Positions 1 through 12,500 of a stretch of DNA of 64,000 bases are shown in pieces. Location: positions 57,786,001 to 57,850,000 of the forward strand of contig NC_086108.1 of NCBI RefSeq assembly GCF_963921235.1. Reading direction: 5' to 3'. Made by a program: the position numbers and the translations under genes. How positions within the stretch are numbered: position 1 is the stretch's first letter; the number at the start of each line of letters is the position of its first letter. The stretch comes from Mobula hypostoma (taxonomy: Eukaryota). The notes below the pieces were generated by a model. The model ran no database searches, was not told where the DNA came from, and worked only from the letters and a program-made list of their open reading frames with translations.

Positions 1-39
1 TGTTAAGAACTGAAGACTGGTTCCCGTTTATAAGTAGAA

Positions 40-1200
40 GATTCAAAAACGATTCAAAAGATTCAAAAAACTTCATTCTAACCGTACGTCAGCTCTGCAG
101 GGCAGAATGAGACAGCGTTTCCCAGGAGCAGTGCGATCATAATATAACAAACGCAGAAACACAACAGCCACATGTCAGTTAAAATCAAGTTATAAGTGTC
201 CAAAGCAGAGTCAGGTAGAGCAGCTATTTAGCAGTCTGACTGCCTGTGGGAGGAAGCTGTTTAGTAGTCTTGTGGTTTTAGTTTTGATGCTCCTGTAACG
301 TTTGCCTAATGGTAGAAGAACAAACAATTCATGGAGAGGGTGTGAGGGGTCTTTAATGATGTACCGTGTCTTCTGGAGGCATTGACTCTGAAAGAGGTCT
401 TGAACAGAAGGTAGGGAGACCCCAGTAACCTTCTCTGCTCTCCTAACCACCCTCTGCAAGGCTTTTTTGTCAACAGCACTGCAGCTGGAGTACCAGGTTG
501 TGATGCAAAAGGTCAGCACACTCTCAACCACGCCTCTGTAGAATGTAGTTAAGATGTTAGTGGGGAGTGATGCTTGTTTAAGCTCCCTCAGAAAGTGCAA
601 TCTCTGCTGGGCCCGATTCACAATCCCAGTGGTGTTCCTGGACCAAGTGAGATTGTCCGAGATCTCCACCCCAAGGAACTTGATGTTTTCCACTCTCTCC
701 ACGGTGGAGCCACTGATGCTGAGGGGTGTGTGCTCAGGCTGAGACCGTCTGAAATCAATGATCATCTCCTTGGTTTTGGTGACGTTAAGCATTAAGTTGT
801 TATCCCTGCACCAACTCTCTAGGCGTTTGACCTCCTCCCTGTACATTGTTTCATAATTTTTGCTGATGAGCCCCATCACTGTGGTATCGTCTGCAAATTT
901 AATGATCAGGTCCTCCTTGAATCTGGCTGCACAGTCATGTGTGAGCAGTGTAAACAACAATGGGCTAAGCACACAGCCTTGTGGGAATCCAGTGCTCAGT
1001 GTGATGGAGTCAGAGATGTTCCTGCCAACACGGACCGACTGTGGTCTCTCTGTCAAGAAATCCAGAATCCAGCGGCACATGGCAGTGTTAAGGCCAAGCA
1101 GCGACAGTTTCTCCATTAGTCTCTGCGGGATGATGGTATTGAACGCTGAACTGAAATCAATGTACAGGATTCTGGCATAAGTGTCTTTGTTGTCAGAGTG
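40..1200 (-). mobile_element. Rex1/Babar-type non-LTR retrotransposon, 5'-truncated (RT C-terminal half plus DUF1891-like tail)
   Basis: ORF 211..1116 has [31 protein letters not shown] and DPSHP motifs. Short tandem (gattcaaaa)n tail at 40-70. Confidence 0.9.
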
Positions 1201-2031
1201 AGAGAGCTAAACAATATTAGTTGGAAGTTTACGTACAATTGTTTGATCTTACAAGTGGCAGCTCAAGTCAAGTCGTCACTTTTTATTGTCATTTCTACCA
1301 TAACTGCTGGTACAGAACATAGTAAAAATGAGACAATGTTTTCCAGGACCATGGTGCTACATGAAACAATACAAAAACTACACTGAACTACGTAAGAAAA
1401 AACACAAAAACTACACTAGACTACAGACCTATCCAGGACTGCATGAAGTGCACAAAACAGTGCAGGCACTACAAAAAATAATAATAAATAATAAACAAGA
1501 CAATAGGCACAGTAGAGGGTATAGTAGGTTGGTGTCAGTCCAGGCTCTGGGCATTGAGGAGTCTGATGGCTTGGGGGAAGAAACTGTTACATAGTTTGGT
1601 CATGAGAGCCCGAATGCTTTGGTGCCTTTCTCCAGATGGCAGGAGGGAGAAGAGTTTGTATGAAGGGTGCGTGGGGTCCTTTATAATGCTGTTTGCTTTA
1701 CGGATGCAGCGTGTGGTGTAAATGTCTGTGATGGCAGGAAGAGAGACCCCAATGATCTTCTCAGCTGACCTCACTATCCGCTGCAGGGTCTTGCAATTGA
1801 GATGGTACAATTTCCGAACCAGGCCATGATGCAGCTGCTCAGGATGCTCTCAGTACAGCCTCACTAGAATGTGGTGAGGATGGGGGCTGGGGTGGGAGAT
1901 GGATTTTTCTCAGCCTTTGCAGAAAGTAGAGACGCTGCTGGGCTTTCTTTGCTATGGAGCTGGTGTTGAGAGACCAGGTGAGATTCTCCACCAGGTGAAT
2001 ACCAAGAAATTTGGTGCTCTTAACGATCTCT

Positions 2032-4786
2032 TTCTTTTCTTTTTAAATCTTTTTATTGAGTAAGTATACAAAAAAGGTAAGCCATATAAACATTAATACA
2101 ATGTTAAAGTACAATAAAATTCCAAAAGATAACAATACCAAAAAGAAAATACTACAAACAATGTAATTTAAGCATAAGAAACCAAGATAACATAATAGTA
2201 TACTAGATTTTATATATATCAATGGAAAAAAAAAGAAAAAAAAACCCCCCAAAAAAAAACCCACCGTGCAACTACCTAAAAGCAAAGCAAAGCAATGGGC
2301 TAACTTGAAACCAAACAGAGTTAAACTTAAAATCACGTCCTCAATCCCGACCTCCATTAAAACAGTGAAAAAAAAAACAAGAAGGGTAAATATTACATTA
2401 AATGAAAATATCGAATAAAAGGTCCCCAAATCTGTTCAAATTTAAATGAAGAATCATAAAGGTTACTTCTAATTTTCTCCAGATTCAAACATAAAATCGT
2501 CTGAGAAAACCAAAAAAAGGTAGTTGGAGCATTAAGCTCTTTCCAATGTTGTAAAATACATCTTTTCGCCATTAAAGTAAGAAATGCAATCATTCTACGG
2601 GCTGAAGGGGAAAGATTACTAGAAATTTTAGGTAGTCCAAAGATAGCAGTAATAGGGTGAGGAGAGATATCTATATTTAATACCTTAGAAATAATATTGA
2701 AAATATCTCTCCAAAAAGTTTCCAAAGTAGGGCAAGACCAAAACATATGAGTTAAAGAGGCTATCTGCCCCGAACATCTATCACAGAAAGGATTAATATG
2801 CGAGTAAAAACGCGCTAACTTATCTTTGGACATATGTGCTCTATGAACCACTTTAAATTGAATTAGGGAATGTTTAGCACAAATAGAGGAAGTATTAACT
2901 AATTGTAAAATCTGCCCCCAATCATCCACAGAAATGGTAAGCCCCAATTCCTGTTCCCAATCTACCCTAATCTTATCAAATGGAGCTTTCCTAAGTTTCA
3001 TAATAATATTATAAATCATAGCCGATGCACCTTTCTGACATGGATTAAGGTTAATTATCGAATCTAAAATATATATAGGAGGAAGCATTGGAAAGGAAGA
3101 AAGTATAGTACTTAGGAAATTTCTAACTTGTAAATATCTAAAAAAATGTATTCTTGATAAGTTATATTTATTAGATAATTGTTCAAAAGACATAAGGGAA
3201 CCATCTAAAAATAAATCCAAAAACCGTAAAATACCCTTAGTCTTCCAAGTTTGAAAAGCGCGATCCGTAAAAGAGGGAGGAAAAAATATGTTGCCTAAAA
3301 TAGGAATCGCTAACCCGAATTGATTAAGATCAAAAAATTTTCTGAATTGAAACCAAATGCGCAAAGCATATTTAACTATCGGGTTAGAGACCTGCTTAAG
3401 GCGTTTCGAATCAAAAGGAAGAGAGGAACCTAAAATAAAACCAAGTGTATAACCCTGAACAGATTGTAATTCCAATGCTACCCATTTAGGAATAGATAGT
3501 ATGTCCCGGTCAAGTAACCAAAATTTCATATGTCGAATATTAATAGCCCAATAATAAAATCTAAAGTTAGGTAATGCTAAACCTCCATCTCTCTTAGCTT
3601 TCTGTAAATGTATTTTACCCAGTCTCGGATTCTTATTCTGCCAAATAAATGAAGAAATTTTAGAGTCAACTTTATCAAAAAAAGATTTAGGAACGAAAAT
3701 TGGTAATGCCTGAAACACATATAAAAATTTTGGCAAAAAAAACATCTTAACTGCATTAATACGACCAATCAAAGTTAAATATAAGGGAAACCATTTAGAT
3801 GAAAGTTGAGTAATATGGTCTATTAATGGTAAAAAGTTAGTCTTAAATAAATCTTTATGTTTACAAGTAATTTTAATCCCAAGATATGAAAAGTAATTAT
3901 TAATCAATTTAAATGGAAATTTATAATTTAAGGGAAGATGTTTATTAATCGGAAAAAGTTCACTCTTACTAAGATTTAATTTATAACCTGAGAAAAGACC
4001 AAATTGTGCTAATAACTCTAAAACAGCAGGAATGGATCTCTCAGGATTAGAAATATATAAAAGTAAATCATCAGCATAGAGTGATAATTTATGGGACTTT
4101 AATCCCCGAGTTATCCCAGTAATATTTGAAGATTCTCGAATAGCAATTGCAAGAGGTTCTAATGCAATATCAAATAATAGGGGACTAAGAGGACAGCCTT
4201 GTCGAGTACCACGAAAGAGAGGAAAAAAAGGTGAGTTTAAGGAGTTAGTACGAACCGAGGCTACAGGGGAGTGATATAACAGTTTAATCCAGGATATAAA
4301 TTTCAAGCTAAAATTAAACATTTCAAGCACCTTAAATAAATAAGGCCATTCTACTCTATCAAAAGCTTTCTCGGCATCTAAAGAAATAACACACTCAGGA
4401 ACATTTTGTGAGGGAGTATAAACGATATTTAACAATGTACGAATATTATAAAAAGAGTAACGACCTTTAATAAAACCCGTTTGGTCTTCCGAAATAATAG
4501 AAGGAAGTACTTTTTCTAGTCTATTTGCTAATAACTTAGAAAAAACTTTAGAATCAACATTTAATAAAGATATTGGTCTATAAGATGCACATTGAGCAGG
4601 GTCTTTATCCTTCTTTAGTATTAAAGAAATTGATGCTCTATTAAAAGATTCCGGAAGTTTACCAAGTTTCAAAGAAGCCTCAAAAACCTTATAGAGCCAA
4701 GGAATCAATAAAGAAGCAAAACATTTATAAAATTCAACGGTAAACCCATCAGGGCCAGGAGCTTTCCCCAGATTCATAGAAAAAAT
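2032..4786 (-). mobile_element. 5'-truncated L1-clade LINE with 14-bp TSD
   Basis: TCTTAACGATCTCT at 2018-2031 and 4787-4800. AATAAA plus A-rich tail at the 2032-2060 end on the minus strand. Confidence 0.93.
2393..4777 (-). CDS. L1 ORF2 fragment: reverse transcriptase plus C-terminal zinc knuckle, open for 794 aa, endonuclease missing
   Basis: KAPGPDG, YRPISLLN, DAEKAFD, GTRQGCPLSP, YADD, YLGI, GGLALP and CxxC..HMFWSC motifs. Confidence 0.9.
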   Translation of the reverse strand: MNLGKAPGPDGFTVEFYKCFASLLIPWLYKVFEASLKLGKLPESFNRASISLILKKDKDPAQCASYRPISLLNVDSKVFSKLLANRLEKVLPSIISEDQTGFIKGRYSFYNIRTLLNIVYTPSQNVPECVISLDAEKAFDRVEWPYLFKVLEMFNFSLKFISWIKLLYHSPVASVRTNSLNSPFFPLFRGTRQGCPLSPLLFDIALEPLAIAIRESSNITGITRGLKSHKLSLYADDLLLYISNPERSIPAVLELLAQFGLFSGYKLNLSKSELFPINKHLPLNYKFPFKLINNYFSYLGIKITCKHKDLFKTNFLPLIDHITQLSSKWFPLYLTLIGRINAVKMFFLPKFLYVFQALPIFVPKSFFDKVDSKISSFIWQNKNPRLGKIHLQKAKRDGGLALPNFRFYYWAINIRHMKFWLLDRDILSIPKWVALELQSVQGYTLGFILGSSLPFDSKRLKQVSNPIVKYALRIWFQFRKFFDLNQFGLAIPILGNIFFPPSFTDRAFQTWKTKGILRFLDLFLDGSLMSFEQLSNKYNLSRIHFFRYLQVRNFLSTILSSFPMLPPIYILDSIINLNPCQKGASAMIYNIIMKLRKAPFDKIRVDWEQELGLTISVDDWGQILQLVNTSSICAKHSLIQFKVVHRAHMSKDKLARFYSHINPFCDRCSGQIASLTHMFWSCPTLETFWRDIFNIISKVLNIDISPHPITAIFGLPKISSNLSPSARRMIAFLTLMAKRCILQHWKELNAPTTFFWFSQTILCLNLEKIRSNLYDSSFKFEQIWGPFIRYFHLM

Positions 4787-6027
4787 TCTTAACGATCTCT
4801 ACGGAGGAGTTGTTGATGTTCAGCAGAGAGTGGTCGGTCCATGTCCTCCTGAAGTCAACAGCCATCTCTTTTGTTTTGTTCACATTCAGAGACAAGTTGT
4901 TGGCTCTGCACCAGTCCGTTAGCCGCTGCACCTCCTCTCTGTACGCTGACTCGTTGTTCTTGCTGATGAGACCCACCACGGTCGTGTCATCGGCGAACTT
5001 GATGATGTGGTTGGAGCTGTGTGTTGCAGCACAGTCGTGGGTCAGCAGAGTGAACAGCAGTGGACTGAGCACACAGCCCTGGAGGGGGGGGCCCCGTGCT
5101 CAGTGTGATGGTGTTGGAGATGCTGCTTCCAATCCGGACTGACTGAGGTCTCCCAGTCAGGAAGTCTAGGATCCAGTTGCAGAGGGAGGTGTTCAGGCCC
5201 AGTAGGATCAGCTTTCCGATCAGTTTCTGAGAAATGATTGTACTGAATGCTGAATGAAATCTATGAACAACATTCGAACGTACGTGTCTTTTTTGTCCAG
5301 GTGGGTTAAGGCCAGGTGGAGGGTGATGGCAATGGCATTGTCTGTTGAACAGTTGGGATGGTACGTGAACATAGGGGGTCTGGTGAGGGGGACAGCAGGG
5401 ACTTGATGTGTCTCATGATGAGCCTCTCGAAACACTTCATGATGATGGATGTGAGTGCAACGGGACGGTAATCATTGAGGCAGGACATTGAAGACTTCTT
5501 TGGCACAGGGACGATGGTGGCGGCCTTGAAGCACGTAGGAATGATGGTGCTGCTCAGGGAGATGTTGAAGATGTCAGTGCTGTGTTTAGAAAGTTGAGCT
5601 GGACAAACATGAGAGCCCCTAGCCCAGGAAGTGAATATCCACTACATATTCATTTTCACAGAGAATTCTGAGTACTAATTTTGTAACCCTGGAAGTGTTG
5701 AGAGTGTACCTAACTGTGTCTCAGATGCATCTATGACAGCATTATGGTTGACTGAAGCCAGGACAATAAATCAGCCCATGCAGAAGTTCATATAATTATA
5801 TTTAAGCAGAGCTCAATAACATTTTAAAAAATGTACAGGTATATTTATTTTAAATTGACAGGTACTGTCTTTTAAAACCTTTTTCCTCACAAAAATGATT
5901 TTGTGCAGCCACAGATTAATATTTTTTCATTCTTCAAATCTTCCACTGACTAGGAGCACAAAATAGTGATTTCTTTAGATGAAGGGTAACTGTTGATTTT
6001 AAGAAAATTACAAGGTTGTTTTTTTAG

Positions 6028-6065
6028 ATGTGACAATAGAATGTCTCAGTAGAATTGAAGCAGAA
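6028..6065 (+). other. Candidate 38-nt cassette exon of the host gene
   Basis: gttgtttttttag|ATGTG...GCAGAA|gtgagt in non-repeat sequence. Splice signals only. Confidence 0.35.
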
Positions 6066-6353
6066 GTGAGTCTTGCTGATTTCAGAAATTATTTAGAAAG
6101 TGTTCTGCCTATGTAAGCATATTTTAAAATATTATTGATATTGATGTATAGCATAGATGGTAAGATTACTTTTGGTTTTTGTAGTGTAAACCTGTACATG
6201 AAAGCATTTATTTTCTTTAAGTATTTTTTGTTATATTGTGCACAACTGCAGGGTGCAATTTTGCCCACTCGATATCGATTTCCCAATTCTGCTATGGAGT
6301 GTTTATGATTCAAATGATGGGGAATTCATATTTGCACACTGTTTTTATCTAAG

Positions 6354-6395
6354 CCAAATTGTTGGACATCACTTTTCCTCAATTTCAAAACTCAG
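6354..6395 (+). other. Candidate 42-nt in-frame cassette exon (AKLLDITFPQFQNS in phase 1)
   Basis: gtttttatctaag|CCAAA...CTCAG|gtgaat. Weak AAG acceptor, open in phase 1. Confidence 0.25.
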
Positions 6396-7329
6396 GTGAA
6401 TATCTGAGGAAGTGCACTGGAGACCCTTCCTCTATGCTGTGATACCAGGCGTGGAGTTAGGACATACAGAGTCGTACTGCACAGAAACAAGCCCTTTGGT
6501 CCGACACATCCCTACTGACTGTGATGCACATCTACATTAATCCCATTTGTCCACATTATGCCTGTAACCTTTACTGCTTTCCTGTCAAAGTACCTGTCCA
6601 AATATATTGTATCTGCCACTCCACTTTCTCTGGAAGCTGGTTCCATGTAACTGTGACCCTCTGTGATTAGTTCAGAGGCACATCTCTGCTTTGTTTGTCT
6701 ATAATCATAGCTTCCTAAAGATTGTAGATTTAGTGATTTATCTGGAAAGTAAATTGATGTTTTACAAAAGTGATTCTGATTATAAATAAGTTTTTAATTT
6801 TTTGGAATCAGTGCTGTTATTAGAAGGCACATGTGCATTAAATCTATTATATTTTGCTGAAAGCTGTTTGGGGAAAAAAAAACTTAATTTGAAGACTAGT
6901 CAGTGATTACATCATTGAAGCACATAATTTGGTCTAATCAGTTTATATTGGTATGAATCTATGGTGGATGCAATTTTCTCCAAGATATTTATGTTTCAGT
7001 CAATTATAAAAATTTTGCTTTGGATACTTCATTTTATGTTGTAAAAAAATTACTGAAGTTCACTAATTAAAAAGAAAATGGGCATTGTGTTAAAAATCAT
7101 TTGTCTGCCAAGGAATCTCTTCCTGGAAAGTCAAAAGAAAAATGCCGTGGCCCTGTTTCAGAAATATACACAGAACTTTGGTGACCTAACCGATGCTTGT
7201 TCCTTACTTAAAATTACTTTACATTCTGTGCCAGGACTGAAATCCTGATTGTCAAAAGCCCTTTTTGTCAAATTAAAATGGTGATAAATTTAGCTTAATC
7301 ACATTGGTTAATGTAAAGTGGACGATGGT

Positions 7330-7490
7330 AGGTTCTTTATTAGTGAGGGCATCAAAGGTTATGGAGAGCAGGTTGGAGAATGGGTTTGAGAGGGATAATA
7401 AATCAGCCATGGTTAAATGGCAGAGCAGACTCGATGGGCTGAATGGCCTAATTCTGCTCATGTGTCTTATGGTTTCATGGTCTTATAAAC
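7330..7490 (+). mobile_element. CR1 3'-end fragment
   Basis: Matches the 3' ends of other CR1 copies here (gggcatcaaaggttatggag...gatgggctgaatggcct...cttatggt). Confidence 0.65.
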
Positions 7491-8019
7491 ATCATCTTAA
7501 GTGACTAGTATCTTTGCTAAGAGGTAGCTACTGTATGTTTTCCATAAGTCTCAGGGGCAGGATGTTAGTGGATACTTGTAAAATTCTTCCTCACATATAC
7601 AGTATGTCAGTAAACAAAAATTGACAATGACCTGGATCATAGCCTCTGTGTGCACAAATCCAAGTTTGCTGAGAGCTGAGCTTTATACATGTCATCATAG
7701 ATTGAGCAAGTTCACGGTAGTTTGGTCATTAGCTCTGCTCACACTTTTTGTTTTTGGAGGTGTTGTGGTTTGTTTGAAGTTTTATGGAGATGAAATGTGA
7801 CATGACAAAAGAATATTTCAAAGAAGTGTTGGGGTAATGATATAACCTTGTGTAACACTGGTCTTCAGTGAAAGTTGGCTCTGTTGTAAAGTTAATTTCA
7901 AAGCTTGCTTTGTCAACATGGGGGAAATGTAAAATGGAAACAAATTATTGAAGAAACACAGATTTGAGAATGTGTTTCACAGTACCTTCCCATTAATAAA
8001 GGAAAGCTTTAGTGAGGTT

Positions 8020-9140
8020 GAAAATTTGATTACAGCTCCACCTTCAATGCTATAATTCCAAGGAAATACATCACCAAACTCCAGACCCTGGCAATCAATG
8101 CTTCACTCTGAAACTGGATCATTAACTTTCTGACTAACAGACCACAGTCAGTAAGGATAGGCAGCCACACCTCTGTCACAATTACTCTCAACACTAGTGC
8201 TCCACATGGTTGTGTCCTTGGCCCTTTACTTTGCTCCATGTACACTCATGACTGTGTGGCCAAATTCTGTTCTAACTCCATCTGCAAGTAAGCAGATGAT
8301 ACCGCTGTCGTGGGCCTTATCTCAAATAATTATGATTTGGAGTATCAAAGGAGATAGCGAACTTAGTAACATGGTGTCATGACAGCAACCTTTCTCTTGA
8401 TGTCAGTAAAACTAAAGAGTTAGTTATTAACTTCAGGAATCGGAGTAGTGCACATGCCTGTGCCTGCATTAATGGTGTTGAGGTTGAAACTTCAAGTTCC
8501 AAGGAGCGAACACCAACAATCGTCTGTCCTGGTCTAACCCCATAGGTACCATGGCCAATTAAGCTCTTAAATCCCCCTACTTTCTCAGAGGGCTAAAGAA
8601 ATCGGCATGTCCCCGTTTACTTGTACCAACTTTTTATGCACTGTAGAAAGCATCCTATCTGGATGTATTATGGCTTCATTTGGCATCTGCTCTAAATGTG
8701 ACCACAACAAAACTGCAGCTAGTTGTAGATACAGTTCAACACATCAAGATAACCAGCTTCCCCACCATGAACTCTGTCTATATTTCTCGCCGCCTCAGTA
8801 AAGATCCTACACAATCAAAGACCTCACCCACCCTGGACATTCTCTCTATTGGACAGGAGATTCAAAATCCTGGAAGCACATAGCAGGACAGCTTTTGCCA
8901 CACTGTTATAAGAATATTAAATTGTTCCCTAGTACGTTAAGATGGACTGTGGAGCCCACAATCCACCTCATTATGTTGCACTTTTCTGTTTACCTGCACT
9001 GCAATTTCCATGTAGCTGTTACACTTTATCCTGCATTGTTATTGTTTTACTTGTTCTATTTCTGCACTGTATGTGATTTGATCTGCATGAACAGTGTGTA
9101 AGATAAGCTTTTCACTATATGACTATAGTAAACCAATTCC
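8020..9140 (+). mobile_element. Decayed Rex1/Babar fragment
   Basis: Recognisable aactggatc..gac..cagtcagt and ..gtaaaactaaagag motifs similar to the Rex1 copies above. Many stops. Confidence 0.75.
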
Positions 9141-9929
9141 AGTTCCAACTCCTTTAATTTTTCTTGGAGTTGTGCCATGTAGGCTGTGATGACTGTACCT
9201 TAAGATGAACAAAGTCCGTACATTTAAGAAACAGCTTCACAGCCACTGGAAAGAAATGGTTGAGAAGAATGTTGGCAATGATTTTTGCTGTGGCTGTGGG
9301 CAAGTCCAATGTGCATTATTGTGATTTTCCAGTTTAATCCCATTAGTTTTATTTTCACCATCTGTGTGGTTAAAATGATAAAGTTTCAACAAAATGCATC
9401 TACATCAATTGCCTTTATTGGACCTCTTTCTAGTGATGATGACAGTAATTTTTACTCTGATTTCTAAGCAAAGGAATCAGCAGTTTGACAGCTTTGTCCT
9501 TTGTTCATATAACACCCAGTACATACCTAGAGAAAATATTTTCAGCTATTATTGCCAAGATGAAATAGATTTGGCATTGGTGGTGTAAGTGTTGACTAGC
9601 CAGAAAATGAACTTACACATTTCTCCTGCATACTGGGAACAATAAGCTTATTAACCTTAATGACGACACTTAACTTCAGTTGAAGTACAGTTAAGAAATT
9701 CGGTCTGGAAATTCAGTTAGGACATGTAGGAAGTGGTAATATTTCTGTGGGTCCAGGTGACTGTATCTTGAGAAACTCATCCCAGTTGAGCTCCATATTC
9801 TGAAGCTGAAGCAGCAGCTGGGGTGACTTTGATGCATGTGCAAGGCACAGAACTTAGTTTGGAGCTAGATTGGGAAGGTAAGCTTAAGAGTTTGTATGTC
9901 AAAATAAAAAGCAAAAGTGAGGGAAGCTG

Positions 9930-10660
9930 TGGTCACCTTATGGACAGGGACAAGTAGACATTTATTGTGGAATAAGGAAATGCCAGAGGAATTAGACAAT
10001 TATTTTGTGTCTGTCTTCATGGAAAAAGATGCACAAAACCTGTCAAATATATTAGTGGATCAGGGGTCTATCAATAAAAAAAACTAAAGAAGTTCATTGT
10101 TATAAAAATGAGAGATATTGGTGAACTTAAAAGTTAATAATTCCAGGACCCTATTATTTCCATCCTGGAATTTTAAAGGAGACAACTTTAGAGGTAGTGA
10201 ATGCTCTGGTTCTCATCTTCCAAAGTTCTGGAGGTTCAGCATTTGTTCCTGTAGATTGAAGTGTCCTTACTATGACTCCATTATTTAAGCAACAAGGGAA
10301 TGAGAAAATGGCAAATCTACCAATATGTTAACCTTGCATCTGTGGCACTGGAAATGCTAGAATCTATAATTTGCAATGATAGAATACCTCATAGAAGAAC
10401 AGGATTGAGTTGAGACAACATAGATCAGTGAAAGGTAGTCTGCAGACATTCTTCGGGAGTGTGATTAGCAGCATAAAAATTGTAATCAGTAGATGTACTG
10501 CATCTGGGATTTTGGGAACAGATTGATAAGACTCACTTGAGTGGTTATTCAACAAGTTGCACAGGGAAGTAGGGATCATATGCTGACGTCCATTGTGAAT
10601 TTGTTATCTGATAGGAAACAGTGGGGATAAATAAATCTAAGCTTCGAGCAATGACTGGCA
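9930..10660 (+). mobile_element. Highly decayed CR1 ORF2 fragment
   Basis: Residual similarity to the CR1 at 39925-42682 (tattttgtgtctgtcttca, ccaggacc..catcctgg, actccattatttaag). Confidence 0.55.
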
Positions 10661-11385
10661 ATCTTTGGTTCCCTCACTCATCTCAACCCACTTGACTCTA
10701 CCCTGCAGCTAGCTTTAGAGAGAATTACTTGACATTCTTGGTGATTATGTCCAAGTGAATGGCAATCCTGTATGCCAAATCAAACTAAAGGCTCTTTTGT
10801 ACTTAAAGGTTTCAACTGGATTCCCTTGGACAGCATGTGATATTCTGAAAGCACAACCTAAAAAAAAATCATGGTTACAGTACCTTGATAAATCTTTGAG
10901 TACTGTTAGATAATCACTCGTGGTTCCCCTAGCTTTTGAATTTGTGTATGAGTTTATAGCAGTTCGACCCACAAATTACTGTCAGTTGAAGAATTCTTCC
11001 AATCTCTGATCCACCTTCGCAAATGAAACCCTGCCTTTGTGTGAAGTTATTAAGTTGGAGAATGTGTTGTAATACACTGTGGAATTGATTTCTATTAAGT
11101 AATATTGCTTCATTCCTTTTCCTCACCACACATTCAATGCCTGTGTATGTTCAGCAATGTCTAGCAACTCAAGAATATTATTTGCCTTGAAAAAAAATCT
11201 CCATTGTCTACTTCAAGGATGCCAGTTATTTATATACTTTGATTATACGCTCATTCCCAAGATGTCTGTGAAGTCTACATATGCTTGGGCTTGATTTTCT
11301 TTCATTTCGTGCTAAAACAGTGCTGCCGTATTTGGGCTTCTTGTGCATTTGCACATTTACTCTCAATTTATTCCTCTCTATGCAG

Positions 11386-11426
11386 ACATGAACAATCTTT
11401 CTTGCTTTAATTTTGAATCAAAATTG
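11386..11426 (+). other. Candidate 41-nt cassette exon
   Basis: Long pyrimidine tract ttattcctctctatgcag|ACATG...AATTG|gtgggt. Confidence 0.3.
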
Positions 11427-11693
11427 GTGGGTACAGCTTTAAGAATCATTACAGCTGCTTCATAATTATAGGCAGTTTTCATGAGTTTTCTTTGCCTCCC
11501 TCTGACCTGATCCCTGGGACCCGCACAGAATCCACTTAATGATGTTATAACCAGTAGGCTAAACATTCAGAACTCATTTCTGCAGTTTCTTAACATTTTT
11601 CCATGCAGCTGCACAGTTTTCAGTCCATGAGTTAAGAACACTTCTTTAAAAGGCGAAATGCTGATTTTTTTCCCTGATTTTTTTTTTCTTTAG

Positions 11694-11760
11694 TTTCTCC
11701 AATCCTCGTCGCCATTTATAATGTATCCTAAGGTGGATCTTGGATGCTGCTGCAGTGCTG
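11694..11760 (+). other. Candidate 67-nt cassette (poison) exon
   Basis: Very strong acceptor (ctgatttttttttttctttag) and consensus donor TG|gtaagt. Stop TAA in phase 1 (VSPILVAIYNVS*), CpG-retaining. Confidence 0.6.
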
Positions 11761-12069
11761 GTAAGTTCTTCTGACAATGGTTACAGTTTGGGGGAGCTTG
11801 AAACAAAGGTGTTTAAATCCAACATCAGAAACTCCCTACATGCTATGTTCATATCATACATCATATATGCTTGTGATACATTCTCTGACTACCAGACTTA
11901 TTTACATAATTAGATACAAATACTGCATAATCACTGCAAATAATTGTAGTATTCTTACACTGGTTGACATTTATTAATCCTGTGCAAATCCAGGAAATCA
12001 GGTCCTTCTTTGTTTAGTATCCTTTGCCATAAATAATTAAAAAATGAAAATTGTAGTTTATGAATGGAG

Positions 12070-12500
12070 GCTGCAGCTTCTGAAATCTGGAGCTAAAAAA
12101 ACAACCTACTGGGGGAGCTAGGTGGGTCAGGCAACATTTCTGATGGGAGATAGAAGATGTTTCATGTCAAGGCCTTTATCTGGCCTGAATAGTTGAGGGG
12201 AGATAGCCAGGATATAAAAAATGGAGGGAAGGGTAGTAGGTAAAGGGTGGATCCAGCTGAGGAGAGTGAGAGTTGGATGGGGAGGGGGAGTGGGATTGGT
12301 GTCAGGAACTGAGAGGTGATAGATGAAGACAGCTAAGGACTACGTGATGGTATCTGAAAAGAAAGAAAGTGCATGGAACCAGACAAAGGAGGTGTTAGGA
12401 GATGTGTAGGAGTAACTGAATAAATGAAGAGGTGAGAGGGAAAAAAGGAGTAGGTTCCCTCAAATTTGGAGAAAGTGTTCATGCCATTGGATTGTAGACA
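12070..12500 (-). mobile_element. Decayed Penelope-like 3' fragment
   Basis: Purine-rich tract ending in gttcatgccattggattgtag, which resembles the QPDGMN end of the GIY-YIG ORF. Confidence 0.55.

Larger units (their letters stand above)
1263..5580 (-). mobile_element. Second Rex1/Babar element, split by an L1 insertion (pieces 1263-2031 and 4787-5580)
   Basis: ORFs 1535..1810, 4749..5072 (KFADD) and 5306..5506 (NDYRPVALT) are collinear Rex1 RT pieces on either side of the L1. (caagt)n tail at about 1265. Confidence 0.88.

Noticed and set aside
554..1180. Antisense ORFs overlapping RT regions (also 4810-5142 and 40402-41106)
   Set aside because: They are shadow frames of retroelement coding sequence with no independent support.
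2043..2429. Hydrophobic 128-aa ORF resembling a membrane protein
   Set aside because: It is the T-rich L1 3' UTR, a compositional artefact.
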